A stretch of 64,000 nt of DNA. Origin: Octopus sinensis (Eukaryota). The stretch lies in contig NC_043005.1 of assembly GCF_006345805.1 (NCBI RefSeq), positions 9,238,001 to 9,302,000 of the forward strand, written 5' to 3'. The first letter of the stretch is position 1, and the number at the start of each line of letters is the position of its first letter. Below the pieces are notes generated by a model. It was not told the origin of the DNA, did not search any database, and saw only the letters and a list, made by a program, of their open reading frames with translations. This document shows positions 50,870 through 64,000 of this stretch, piece after piece. The translations under genes and the position numbers were made by a program.

Positions 50870-51290
50870 TGATATATAATATAATATATATAAAGCACGT
50901 GACTTCATGGGAGAAGGTATGTTGAGGAACTGCATTCCGGAAGAATCAATTTGTCGATATTACGTTACACAGTTTTTAACTTCACTATAAACCGGAATTA
51001 CTTCCTGACGTTTCAAAACCTCCGTTGTACAACTGCAAGCAAGTCACAGATACACCAGTTGACCTAAGAAAAATTAAAAGTTTTGGCCTTTGAGGCATAT
51101 TAAAATTTTAGAAATAGTTTCTAGGTACTGATTTAAAAAATCCCATTTATTTTTACCCAGTATTTTTACATGGTTTGCGACAGAAATCCACAAAATTTTG
51201 AAAAAGTAATACACTTTATTTTGTATTACAGGTCTACACGAAACTGCCATGACGAATTTAAAATTAATTTTGCAAACAAAAGTAGAGATA

Positions 51291-51706
51291 GGCGCAGGAG
51301 TGGCTGTGTGGTAAGTAGCTTGCTAACCAACCACATGGTTCCGGGTTCAGTCCCACTGCGTGGCAACTTGGGCAAGTGTCTTCTGCTATAGCCTCGGGCC
51401 GACCAAAGCCTTGTGAGTGGATTTGGTAGACGGAAACTGAAAGAAGCTTTTCGTATATATGTATATATATATGTATGCGTGTATATGTTTGTGTGTCTGT
51501 ATTTGTACCCCCAACATCGCTTGACAACCGATGCTGGTGTGTGTTTGTCCCCGTAACTTAGCGGTTCGGCAAAAGAGACCGATAGAATAAATACTGGGCT
51601 TACAAAGAATAAGTCCCGGGGTCGAGTTGCTCGATTAAAGGCGGTGCTCCAGCATGGCCGCAGTCAAATGACTGAAACAAGTAAAAGAGTAAAAGAGTAA
51701 GAGTAA
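51291..51706 (+). mobile_element. SINE family A, full length, flanked by 96-bp direct repeats
   Basis: Flanks 51195-51290 and 51708-51803 match with 4 substitutions. Confidence 0.95.
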
Positions 51707-52309
51707 TATTTTGAAAAAGTAATACTCTTTATTTTGTACTACAGGACTACAAGAAACTGCCATGACGAATTTAAAATTAATTTTGCAAACAAAAGTAGAG
51801 ATACAATTAATAAAATCCCCAGACTTACAGGTAGTTTTCTATGCTAAGGAATTTTTTCTGTTTGATCTTCGACTCGGAATTTTGCTGCAGTCTTTCTTCA
51901 AACAACACAAAATTCTGCATCGTAACTCTATTCCGTCGCCAGAGATAACTTTCCTTCATCGCTTTAAGATCCCAGGGGAAACGTTTTTCTTGTTCGTTGA
52001 TCATGTCACTCAGACTTCCAGGAAATTTTTCCAAATAACTGACAAAAATATATTTTAACACTCGGTTACACTCAAGCATAGGAAAACTGAATTAATTGGT
52101 TAACTATTCCAATGTATGTGTCATGCTTTACATTTCCAAGAAATTTGGTTATAACTTCTACAAAAGCATTCCCGTCTGTTGCTTCGTCCTCATTCATACA
52201 GAGTACAAAATAAAACCGGTAGCAGAACCGGGGTTAAAACGACTAGAACCCAACTTTACTTCGGATATTTTATAGGAGTTTATCTTCACCTAGAAACAAG
52301 CTATCTATA

Positions 52310-52717
52310 GGCGCAGGAGTGGCTGTGTGGTAAGAAGCTTGCTTACCAACCACATGGTTCCGGGTTCAGTCCCACTGCGTGGCACCTTGGGCAAGTGTCT
52401 TCTACTATAGCCCCGGGCCGATCAAAGTCTTGTGAGTGGATTTGGTAGACAGAAACTGAAAGAAGCCCGTCGTATATATGTATATATGTATGCGTGTGTG
52501 TGTTTGTGTGTCTGTGTTTGTCCCTCTAGCATTGCTTGACAACCGATGCTGGTGTGTTTATGTCCCCGTTACTTAGCGGCCAAAGAGACCGATAGAATAA
52601 GTACTGGGCTTACAAAAGAATAAGTCCCGGGGTCGATTTGCTCGATTAAAGGCGGTGCTCCAGCATGGCCGCAGTCAAATGACTGAAACAAGTAAAAGAA
52701 TAAAAGAATAAAAGAAA
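52310..52717 (+). mobile_element. SINE family A, full length
   Basis: ggcgcaggagtggctgtg to tgactgaaacaagtaaaagaataaaag. Confidence 0.95.
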
Positions 52718-53667
52718 AGCTCAAATGAGAACTAAGTGTCCTTCACTTCCAAGGCTCTGATGGTAATTAACCCTCAGCCGGCACCCTAACAGATACTGCT
52801 ACTTCGAGTCAGAGCAGATCTGCAGACATAATAGATGGTAGCACATTCTTCCAAACCCTCGCACTTATGTACCAGGGACCCATTACCAGATGCATGCTAA
52901 AGTCTTAACCAGGATACACATAGAGGTACACATGCGCTCACACGTTGACATGCACATACATATACACTCAGTTCAACATAGACATATATAAAGTCAGTTC
53001 CACACAGACATATATGTCTATTGAATTTAAAGCGTAGATTTGTCGACCGCCCTCAGTAGAAACAAATGCTTCACATTACAGCCTAATGTATTTAGTTGGT
53101 CTTTTTTTGTATAATGTATTTTATATTTCAATCATATCACATATACATACATATGAATATACATACACTCACAAACACCCACCCACGTATATAATTCACT
53201 GCGAATTTATGAATATTGGCATAGAGGAAGACTAAGTGAATATACACGTGCTTGTTTTTGCGAATGTTAGGGAATCTGAAGAAGAGAAATATAAAAGAGA
53301 TAAATAGATGAAAGGGGGATGCCTGGGCAGATAATGGATAAATTGAAACTGGAATGTGGCGGAAAGAATTATTTCTCATTGGAACGTATCTCAATATTAA
53401 TAATTGATAATAGCCATTTGTATTAAATGATGATCAATTTCCTACGAGAGATTAAAGCCACGACCAGCCATCGCTTTAACAAGCTGGACTGGTTAACAAC
53501 TCAGTGAAAACATTGGCGGAAGGTGGCGCCGAAGACGAGTGATTTTTGCGATACAGAAGTAGATTGTGAAAGAGCTCTCCAGATTAACATTATGTATCAT
53601 CTGTCTGTCTGTCTGTTTTTCTGTCTGCCTGTCTGCCACTCTTTCTCCATCTTCTGTTTCGTTTTCC

Positions 53668-53714
<47 letters not shown>

Positions 53715-53863
53715 GGTGGGTGTGTGTGTGCGTGTGTGTGTTTCTGTGTGTATGTGGATATAAATTTATATATATATATATATATATAAATGTATTTGCC
53801 TGTGTGGTGTGTGTATATACATATTTATATCTATCTATCTACCTGTCTATATATATATATATA

Positions 53864-53897
<34 letters not shown>

Positions 53898-53956
53898 TGT
53901 GTGTGTGTGTGTGTGTGTAGATAGATGCAAAGATAGATAGATTGGTAGATAGTTAT

Positions 53957-54033
<77 letters not shown>

Positions 54034-54944
54034 GACCAGCAAAGAGAGAGTTTGACAGGCAGATAGATCATAGATAGACATATAGATATGGAATTATCCA
54101 TTTCAGCGGAGTTTCCTGGACGCCGACTTAATTTGTTGCTCCATTATGTAGTGGAACGCAATGTGGAATTCAAGGACACATTGGAAAAGAAATAATTATT
54201 GGAATGTTCGGGAAGGAGGACTGTCTGAATGATGTTGGTCATTTATTTTATAATAATGATATTTTGTCAAGAATAGGCTAAGTAGATTCTTCTTCGAGCA
54301 AATTATCTACGGACTCATTCACTTCTCAATTATCCGCCGAATTCTTTTTATACATTTGAAAATTTCCATTATTGTTCACATAGAGTTAGTAGAAAAAATA
54401 ATGTTCTCACCAAGGTTCACTGCCCTAAATTTGGGAAAGAAATGGGCATGAGTTCGGTATATATTTATTACTTATATTACAACTGGATCGGAAAGATTTA
54501 AGTGACGCAACAAAGTACTTATTGATTCACTATGTTAGTTTTCAAAGTTCATTGTATCCAAAATGTAAAGCTGTCTATCGCAAATTAAGCTAGAACTTTG
54601 ATCAACTATTGGCTTCTTTCATGCTGTTTTGAAGCAATGAACATACCAAGCAGTCTGGGCCCTCTCTTAAACAATTAAATATAACCGAGGGACAACTGTA
54701 TTGGTTAGTTTCTGGCATGGAATTTCATATTTCGCATCTGTTTAACTACTTCTCGTGCATTTATCTATAAGTATTCAAAAGCTATCCCACTCTATTTCAG
54801 ACCCCTATTGATCACAAAAGTCTGTTTCCTAACAGGGCTTACATTTACTCCAGTAGAGATCAATATCTGAGGCTCCCTTTATTAAATTACACTGAATTTG
54901 TTTTACAATTCTGTTGACATAAACCGTCATTCTTCCGTAATATT

Positions 54945-55340
54945 CTTTTTTTTTTTGGAAGCACTCCGTCGGTTACGACGATGAGGGTTCCGGCTGATCC
55001 GAATCAACGGAACAGCCTGCTCGTGAAATTAACGTTTAAGTGGCTGAGCACTCCACAGACACGTGCACCCTTAACGTAGTTCTCGGGGATATTCAGCGTG
55101 ACACAGAGAGTGACAAGGCTGGCCCAATGAAATACAGGTACAACAGAAACAGGAAGTAAGTGTGAGAGAAAGTTGTGGTGAAAGAGTACAGCAGGGATCA
55201 TCACCATCCCCTGCCGGAGTGTCGTGGAGCATTTAGGTGTTTTCGCTCAATAAACACTCACAACGCCCGGTCTGGGAATCGAAACCGCGATCCTATGACC
55301 GCGAGTCCGCTGCCCTAACCACTGGGCTATTGCGCCTCCA
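54945..55340 (-). mobile_element. SINE family B, full length, ~10-bp TSD
   Basis: Reverse strand head tggaggcgcaatagcccagtggttagggcag; tcttccgtaa at 54931-54940 and 55342-55351. Confidence 0.9.
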
Positions 55341-55707
55341 CTCTTCCGTAAATATATAACCGTTTATAGAGACGAAGTATCGATAACTGATTCAATTGCT
55401 TTGATTATTGTAAACCGAGAAAATATTTGATTTTGATTTTTAATGTTAATCAATGCTTCAACTCCGTCCAATTGTAATAATATTTGCAAATATATTTCGT
55501 GAACTCACGAGTTGGTAACTGTCAGCTATATTATAATGTATGCTGTTTCACTAGGTTGCTAATCTGTTTTAAAAAATTTTCTAAAATTTGATAAAGTTTA
55601 GTTATTTTAGCGAAGAATCCCAATCTAATATATCAACACATGTAATTAAGCTATACTAATTTTAATTGACCGTGGAACGATACAGCTTAAACACGGTATA
55701 GCAGGAT

Positions 55708-55940
55708 AAAGCGGCAAGCTGGCAGAACCGTTAGCACGCCGGACGAAATGCGTAGCCGTATTTCGTCTGCCGCTACGTTCTGAGTTCAAATTCCGCCGAG
55801 GTCGACTTTGCCTTTCATCCTTTCGGGATCGATAAATTAAGTACCAGTTACGCACTAGGGTCGATGTAATCGACTTAATCCCTTTGTCTGTCCTTGTTTG
55901 TCCCCTCTATGTTTAGCCCCTTGTGGGTAGTAAAGAAATA
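55708..55940 (+). mobile_element. SINE family C, 13-bp TSD
   Basis: gcggcaagctggcagaaccgttagcacgcc head; ggtatagcaggat at 55695-55707 and 55941-55953. Confidence 0.9.
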
Positions 55941-56599
55941 GGTATAGCAGGATTTGAGGCCAAAATAGAAAGAAACCTGATTATTAATATACATCTTACA
56001 CACATGCGCGCACGCACACACACACACACACATACACACATGTATAAAAGGCTAGACGTTGTGTAAAAGGTACAATCCATCTGGCGGGCATCTACTAAAT
56101 TTCTGTCAACTCAAAGTTACTCACAGAGCAAGAAAAGGATGACACTTACTCAAAGCGCAACGCTGTGGGATCGTAAAAATAAGAAATCACGAACAACATT
56201 TCTTAAGCATGGGGCGAGACTCTATTCTATATTTTACATATAACTCACCACACACATACGTACACACAACCAACCACACTCACCCGTGTACAGAGACATA
56301 TACACACACCAACTCATATACAGATAAATTTAAATTGAATGAACGAAGTATATTCCTGAAGCTTAGAAACCTTTTTAGACTGTCCTGGATTATTTTAATT
56401 TTAGCGTTTCGTTACTAGACATCTAATAACCCGAGCAGCAAACCTTTCATCCAGATTGAAGGAGAGAGCTGTAACAGCCTTTGGACACACCCTACAATAC
56501 ACTGCATGTCATAGTTGACTAGGTTGTAGAATGCTGTAGGGATATTAAAACGGTTTGGAAGCTCCCTATGCAATAAAGGTTTCTGTTAAACTTGGCACA

Positions 56600-57460
56600 A
56601 TTGCTACAGAAATTCAAACAAATTAATCCATGAGACGCCTGGAGTATTTCATGAGCCGAGCAACTGCTTATTAAGGATGGTAGAGATGAGATAAGAAAAG
56701 ATGGGAGATATGAGAAGGGGAAGGACGTCAGAACATCAGAGCTGGTTGCAAGAATTCTCTTTAGAGTTGGTGTGGAAACTATACACAGAATTATTCATGA
56801 AGGTCTCAACATTCAAAACATTTATGGAAAGTTTCTTCCTAGAGTGCTCAATGACAGACAGAAGAAAAAATGCGTTGCTGATAACAGGAAAATTATTGAG
56901 TTCACTACATCCAGTCAAAGCCTTTAGCCTTTGATGACTTGTGACAGTTAAAGTATTTTCTCTCTGAGGACGTGTGACAATCAATGTACTTTAGTCTCTG
57001 ATGACCTGCGACGAAAGCTGACTCGACTGTTATGATCCAGTGGCTAATAGACAAAGTGCCCGATTGAAGCATTCTGGTTCCTTGAGACTTGAGAAGGTCT
57101 GAGAAAGCAAGTCCACCATTCAGTCTATTATGATCCTTTTTCTCGAGAGCAATGGCATCATTTCTATCCACTACACCCTCCCTACAGTCCAGAATTTGCT
57201 TCCAGTGATTTTTGTGTGTTCTCCAAGATGAAGGAGAACTCCAACGGTAGTCGTTTTCAGACATTGACAAGCTGAAGGAGACAGAGGCAAGGGTCTTGAA
57301 CGAAGACCTCCATGGAGGCTCTGCAAATGACTGGAGCGCTACAAGAGAATGGAAGTCAAAGGATTTTACTTCGAAGAAGATTAGAGTTTTATAATTATTT
57401 GAAGTAAATAAATAAATGTCTCTCCTACAAAATTCTCGAAAGTCTGAGATGCACCTTGTA
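56600..57460 (+). pseudogene. Mariner transposase relic with internal deletion
   Basis: Broken frames give LMTCD, KHSGSLRLEKV, HPPYSPEFASSDFCVFSKMK; ends gcaccttgta like a mariner TIR plus TA. Confidence 0.75.
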
Positions 57461-59416
57461 TCTTCGACATAACAAGGCGATGGTGTTACTACGTACATTG
57501 TTTTCGAAACACAACTGTACATACTATTTGCTATATTATTCTTTTAAATTCACGCAAGGCATATTCAGCTGCAGAAATCGAGAGAGAAACTGCAAAATGC
57601 GAAGTTAATGTTCATTTTAGGAAGCTTAGCATTAAGAATAAAACTTTATCCCCAAAATGCGAACTTGTAATCACACCCCTAAATAGCAAGAACGTGCTTG
57701 TCTTCATGTCATCCACAACAGCTCCTTTTACATCTCACTCTAAACCTCACACCTTTCTTCCCTCCGCCTAATTTTGTTTTTCATTCTACCTCTGTATATT
57801 CCAGTACGTACTTATCAATTTTACTCATTATAGATTCTAATATTTATCTCCGAATATCTGCTTCCATAGTTTTTTCTCTACACTAGTAGGCAAATATTTA
57901 TTTAAGTATTGATTTACACTTCATAAAACGCAAACCCATCTATCTGATAGAAACATAGTTGGCATATTGAAATCATTCGCTACATAAGTGAATGTGAAGT
58001 GATCAAATGAAAACTTGAAACTAGCAATGGATGTTAGTCTGCATTTACATTGCTTAGCTAAATCTCAATACCACATTATCGTTTCTGATAATTCACCATT
58101 ATGAGCGCTACTGTAAACGTTTTCGTAGCAAAGTCGACGTCAGAACAGAAGCAAACTACTGTAAAAAAGAATGGACCGAACATGTCTGCGTCGGCTGAAT
58201 AATTGCTCTTTCTTTATGGTTATATTGATAAAACGGTTTGGAATAACTTTTAAATGTGTAACCTAAAACAGAATCATATTGTAATATTTCATATTTACTT
58301 TCTTGCATATTTTGTGTCCATTGCTCAAGTAGTATTTCTCAAGATTTCTTTTGCTTGATTAAAACATGTGGAATCTAGAAAGACTGTAAAGTTTGTCATC
58401 TCTGTATTAGAACTCACCAGCCTGATTTTAACTAATGTGTTTATTTTTTAAAAGAATCTGTTATAACATTTTGGAAAATATTCTACTGCTATGAATCGAA
58501 CTATTTATTTTCAGATATTTTACTGATGGAAGAATGACAATTGCTTCTATATGATGCGTTTCTGACATCTGGAAATGTATAAATTGGACATAAAGATGAA
58601 TGCTATTTGTTTGTCTTACATTTCCAATCAAATACTTGGGAAATCGATATATGTTTCCACATTCGAGAAATTCTGATGAAAGACTGTATCCCAAGTTGGA
58701 AATACAGGACTTTGTATAAAATGTCATTTTGACACATCATAATTTAACCGTTTTTGAGCAGAGAAATAATTTGAATAAAACATCTGTATAAACAACTGTA
58801 TAATTTTGTTAAGAAATATATAACCAACTACTTCATGAGAATGAATGTTGAATTAATTTTTTTGTCTTCAACAGTTCACTTTGTTATTGAAATTTTAATT
58901 ATTTTTCTGCTAATAATAATTTATATTTTTTATTATATTATGTTTATTATTTTTTTGTGAGTATGCCTGTAATTAATCTTCCTTTACAATACAATATCTA
59001 ACATTTTTTAAATAAGCAATTATTCATGGAACTATGTTTATATTGATATAACAATATATTTTAGCAGATGCCATACACAACACATGCTAGAAATCTTATC
59101 TGAAAACGAAATGCCAGAAATAGACCAACTTTAAAATTTTTCTGACCACTATTTTTCAGCAATAAAGCAGAAATATCATTTAGAATATTCCGGAATGTTT
59201 CATTAACCTTATTTCCTTACAACTCCAGAATAAGTTTTAGGGTTGCTGTGGAATTCTTTGGATTACTACTGACGTTATCTGTCATTCAAGTATAAAAATA
59301 TATTAAATTGAAATTTTGCAATAAGGATACACTTAAAGACCTCATAGTATTGGATCCAGTACCAAAAATTGTTTGAGACACTGCTGTCATCAATTTTATA
59401 GGTATTGAGCGCTTCA

Positions 59417-60362
59417 GTCCCCTCTATGTTTAGCCCCTTGTGGGTAGTAAAGAAATAGGTATAGCAGGATTTGAGGCCAAAATAGAAAGAAACCCGATTA
59501 TTAATATATTACGCACTAGGGTCGATGTAATCGACTTAATCCCTTTGTCTGTCCTTGTTTGTCCCCTCTGTGTGTTTAGCCCCTTGTGGGTAGTAAAGAA
59601 ATAGAAATAGGTATTTCGTCTGCCGTTACGTTCAGAGTTCAAATTCCGCCGAGATCGACTTTGCCTTTCATCCTTTCGGAAGTCGATTAAATAAGTACCA
59701 GTTATGCACTGAGGTCCATATAATCGACTTAATCCATTTGTCTGTCCTTGTTTGTCCTCTCTGTGTTTGGCCCATTGTGGGTAGTAAAGAAATAGGTATT
59801 TCATTTGCCGCTACGTTCTGAGTTCAAATTCCGCCGTGGTTGACTTTGCCTTTCATCCTTTCGGGAGTCGATTAAATAAGTACCAGTTATGCACCGAGGT
59901 TCATATAATCGACTTAATCCGTTTGTCTGTCCTTGTTTGTCCTCTGTGTGTTTAGCTCCTTGTGGGTAGTAAAGAAATAGAAATAGGTATTTCATCTGCC
60001 GTTACGTTCTTAGTTCAAATTAGTCCGAGGTTGACTTTACCTTTTATCCTTTCGAGGTCGATTAAATAAGTAGCAATTACACACTGGGCTCGATGTAATC
60101 AACTTAATCCGTTTGTCTGTCATTGTTTGTCCCCTCTGTGTTTAGCTTCTTGTGGGTAGCAACGAAACAGCTATTTCGTCTCCCGCTACGTTCTGAGTTG
60201 AAATTCCGTCGAGGAGGTCTACTTTGCCTTTCATCCTTTCGGGGTCGAGAAATAAAGTGGCAGTTACACACTGGGGTCGATGTAATCGACTCAATCTCTT
60301 TTTTCTGTCCTTGTTTGTCCCCTGTATGTGTAGCCCCTCGTGGGCAATAAAGAAATAAGAAT
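59417..60362 (+). repeat. Tandem array of headless SINE family C bodies (~185 bp x4) preceded by a permuted copy of 55849-55991
   Basis: Repeated ggtatttc..tgccg.tacgttc.gagttcaaattccgccg...gtgggtagtaaagaaata. Confidence 0.9.
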
Positions 60363-60635
60363 ACAAATCACGATGACTCAATTTTATTGTGAGAAATTAT
60401 CCATCACGTATCAAGCGTCTGGTTGGCATAGCGAGTTAAAAACCTAGAAACGACACGAACGATTTACTTTGAAGCCCGGTAACTGACTTTATGCGCACGA
60501 CGCATGAATTCGTGCGGGCACTCACCTCTATTACACACACGAATACACTAACAAACACAGACACACACACGCACACGCGCACGAATACATACACACACGC
60601 AAAAAACATACCCGTATGTATGTGTGTGTGTGTGC

Positions 60636-60677
<42 letters not shown>

Positions 60678-61638
60678 TGTTTGTGTGTGTTTGTGCTTGT
60701 GTCTGAGAGAGAGTGAGCGAGAGATACCTGCTACGAATATTTTTTTTATTTTAATTCCCTATTCCTATTCAGAAAAACATGTTTGAAAAGATTATACGAG
60801 AGCTATATGCGCATATAGATTATAAACATACAGATATATTGTATATATTCAGCGGATATTAATACTGTCTTGCTTCTTTATTTATGTCCCACTTTTTGGC
60901 TCATTCGTGTGTCAGTCTTTGAGAAAATGTATGTATGAGCTATGCTTATGTCTTTAAGGGAAATATTTTCACTTCGTATTGATCCGTCCCTTTTCACATA
61001 ATTCTTTTTAGAGTAAATATTGAAAATCCTGTTAACATCTACAACAACACTCTTATGTCTTCGTTAATAAAACAGCAAGGTATAGAATTGTATAATATTC
61101 TCACTATCAAATCCTGGTTTTACAGCAAATTGTCAACTATCTGCATATTTCATAACGCCTCAGGCGTCTAGACATTCTGTTTGCCCCTTATTAAAGAGAG
61201 CTTGTAAATAAGTATCTTTTCCCATCGTATTTTTCCTTTCTCAGTTAAACTTAATATATCAATAAGCATCACTTGTAGGTAATCCTGGTACATGAGCAAA
61301 AGCCACTTTCTATGCTTTACACAGCGTAGTGTTGTTTTATTGTCATATATATGTTTATTTTCCATATTTTCTTTCTTTTATGGAACAGAATAAAAATGAA
61401 TGAAGACTTGCTGTTAAAAATTTCCACATAGGCAAATTTTCGTGTTGATCGAATAAAGGAGCAATATGGTTTATACGACCAGAGTTAATAATTTCTCCAA
61501 GCAATGCAATTTTGCTACCGGAAGGGTGGCAGCTTAATGTTTGTAGGGCTGTTCTTCAGTACCGGCTTGCAGACAGCATGTTCCAGAGTGAAATAGCTGT
61601 TATTGCACACAGAAAAATTCTATTATACATATATACAA

Positions 61639-61703
<65 letters not shown>

Positions 61704-61710
61704 ATATATA

Positions 61711-61754
<44 letters not shown>

Positions 61755-61945
61755 ATATATGTATATATAATATATATGCATGCATGTATGTATGTACGTA
61801 TAAAGAAAATTAAGAAAATGGAGATATAGCATTTAATAAATCATTGTATTAGGCAAAATCTCATCAAATATTAGGTAATGACCAGGATTCCATTGGATAT
61901 CATTGTCCCTTAACGAGTAACGAGGTTAATTTAACATCTAACTGA

Positions 61946-61998
<53 letters not shown>

Positions 61999-62258
61999 AT
62001 TATATATATATGTGTGTGTGTGGTGTGTGTGTGTGGTGTGTGTGGTGTGTGTGGTATGTATCTCTCTCTTTATATATATATATATGTATATATTTATATA
62101 TATAAATATTCAGGAATATTCAAATATGAACTCCTGAAAATTTATATATATATATATATTATTTCTAAATCCCTCTGTATGTATGAATACATTCACATAC
62201 AGACAGGCTTATATATTCTGAGCGTATATATGTGAGTGTGTATGTCTGTGTGCGTGCA

Positions 62259-62299
<41 letters not shown>

Positions 62300-62651
62300 T
62301 GTTATTTTTGTTAATTTTGCTTTAGAATAATAACCATATTTTAATATCAATTTTCTTCAAAATGTTTCAGGATGTATGAGAAATAAGTTATTTAATTGCT
62401 TATGTAAATTTGAGAAAAAAATGCGAGAACACAAATGCAGAAAAAGGAAGGATGTGAAAATATTCGAGGAAGAAAATTAGAAAAATGCGGAAGGAAGATA
62501 TGGAAATGCAACCATTAAGCTTAGATAAATGCAAAGTGCCCAATTGAAGCTTTGAAAGTTTAACTAAATAGAAGAAAAAAACAAACGAATAGAATGAAAT
62601 AATGAACACAAAATTGCTCCATAGCTTTATTTTGAAGAAAAGCGACCATTG

Positions 62652-63042
62652 CATACTCCAGATATTAACTTTAATTCTAAGAGTGAATCAGATTTTATTG
62701 GAATATACAGATGTTAATTTCCACCATAGTATTACACATGTATATCCGTGAAGTATATATATCTAATATCGTGAGTTTATAGTTTGAATCAACTGCATTT
62801 TTGAATTTGAATAATATATTTTTGTTAAACTAAACTAAACGCCATCATACTCCAGATATTAACTTTAATTCTAAGAGTGAATCAGATTTTATTGGAATAT
62901 ACAGATGTTAATTTCCCCCATAGTATTACACGTGTATATCCGTGAAGTATATATATCTAATATCGTGAGTTTATAGTTTGAATCAACTGCATTTTTGAAT
63001 TCGAATAACATATTTTTGTTAAACTAAACTAAACGCCATCAT
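62652..63042. repeat. 194-bp tandem duplication
   Basis: catactccagatattaac... starts at 62652 and 62846; a few substitutions. Confidence 0.95.
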
Positions 63043-63149
63043 GTAGTCATGTAGTTGTTGGTAAGTATGCAGCATTGTACAGTCTGCGGTTTGTAGGAGT
63101 ATGGTTAGTTTGTTAACTCTTGTAATATTATTCGAAATAGGCTTTCTCC

Positions 63150-63485
63150 TATAAATCCTTAAATCCTTAAAAAAGTTTTAGCCGAAGGCCGCGGCCATGC
63201 TGAGGCACCACCGCTGAATGATCTACACTAATATGTGAATCCACCTCTGATACGTGGCACTTGATCAACAAGGGAGTTCGATGCTGCTGCCCGCATCTGC
63301 GTCTCGTGTCGTGAGGTAGGTTCATCTGGGACTCCCGACAAGAAGAGATCCAGTTTAGTTTTAAAGAAACCCACATCCACACCATGTAAGTCTCTTAGGC
63401 ATTTAGGGAGGATGTTAAAGAGCTGTGGTCCTCTGAAACCCAAGCTGTTGCAGTATCTGGTCCTGTATGTAAAAACAATCATAAA
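63150..63485 (-). mobile_element. CR1-clade LINE 3' fragment with (AAGGATTT) tail
   Basis: NSLGFRGPQLFNILP...FKTKLDLFLSGVPDEP...RAAASNSLVDQ; 3' UTR ggtgcctcagcatggccgcggccttcggctaaaac. Confidence 0.85.
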
Positions 63486-64000
63486 TAATTGTAGTCAGTG
63501 GGTAACTGAGAAGGAAAATTTTCGTACATAGTTGCAATCATTGAAAATCTACTACGGAAAATATCATAGGAAATATTATAAACACACTCATTTCCGTAAC
63601 GTTGTTATAGTTTGTAACATTGCTAAATATGTTTGAATAGATATATTAAGGGCGTGGGCCGTAATGAGTATAGGGAAAATTAATTAATGGAACGGGCTGA
63701 AAACTTGCATGATACAAAGGCAGCTGTCGGTTACACAGCTACACACACATGCACGAAACACAAATATAAACCTATGTCTGTATGAACTCTGAGACTCATA
63801 CACACACACACACACATACACACACGCAGGCACACATACACACACATTTATTTAAGAGCCAATCCCAGGAAGCTAAGTAAATCGTGAGAGAATGTTCGTT
63901 TCGTAGGATGTAAGGAAACATAAAAATGAAAGCGTATTCGTGACAACTGTTTGTGAAAATGAAATTAAGTGAAAATTTGTTGATATATGATAATACTATA

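Noticed and set aside
50990-51055. Minus-strand GAAACGTC-aggaag as a hammerhead 3' half
   Set aside because: No recognisable CUGANGA core or stem II upstream.
61505-61570. Minus-strand CUGAAGA followed by a cagc/gctg stem
   Set aside because: No GAAA or cleavage triplet after stem II.

Overview
AT-rich, repeat-saturated eukaryotic DNA. The repeat repertoire (tRNA-derived SINEs, (TA)n/(TACA)n/(TATC)n/(ATT)n tracts) looks like an octopus or other coleoid cephalopod genome; this is inferred from remembered repeat families, not from a database match. I found no convincing host-gene exon, tRNA or rRNA, so the window is probably intergenic or a large intron. Nearly all ORF-track entries are microsatellite translations. 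It contains three SINE families, a near full-length disrupted CR1-clade LINE whose ORF1 has four CCCH zinc fingers, shorter CR1 and RTE fragments, four Tc1/mariner relics, non-autonomous Helitrons, palindromic MITE-like elements and one 100-N gap. The unexpected layer is RNA structure. At least eight hammerhead-ribozyme (HHR) motifs are readable, two inside Penelope-like direct+inverted repeat remnants and one next to a decayed GIY-YIG domain. The most striking object is a ~560-bp rod-like palindrome (20576-21133) carrying a hammerhead on each strand. Other oddities are 96-bp and ~140-bp target-site-like duplications, a 3' motif shared by the SINE and CR1 LINEs, stacked Helitron 5' ends, and a circularly permuted SINE+flank copy. 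All folds and alignments were done by eye.
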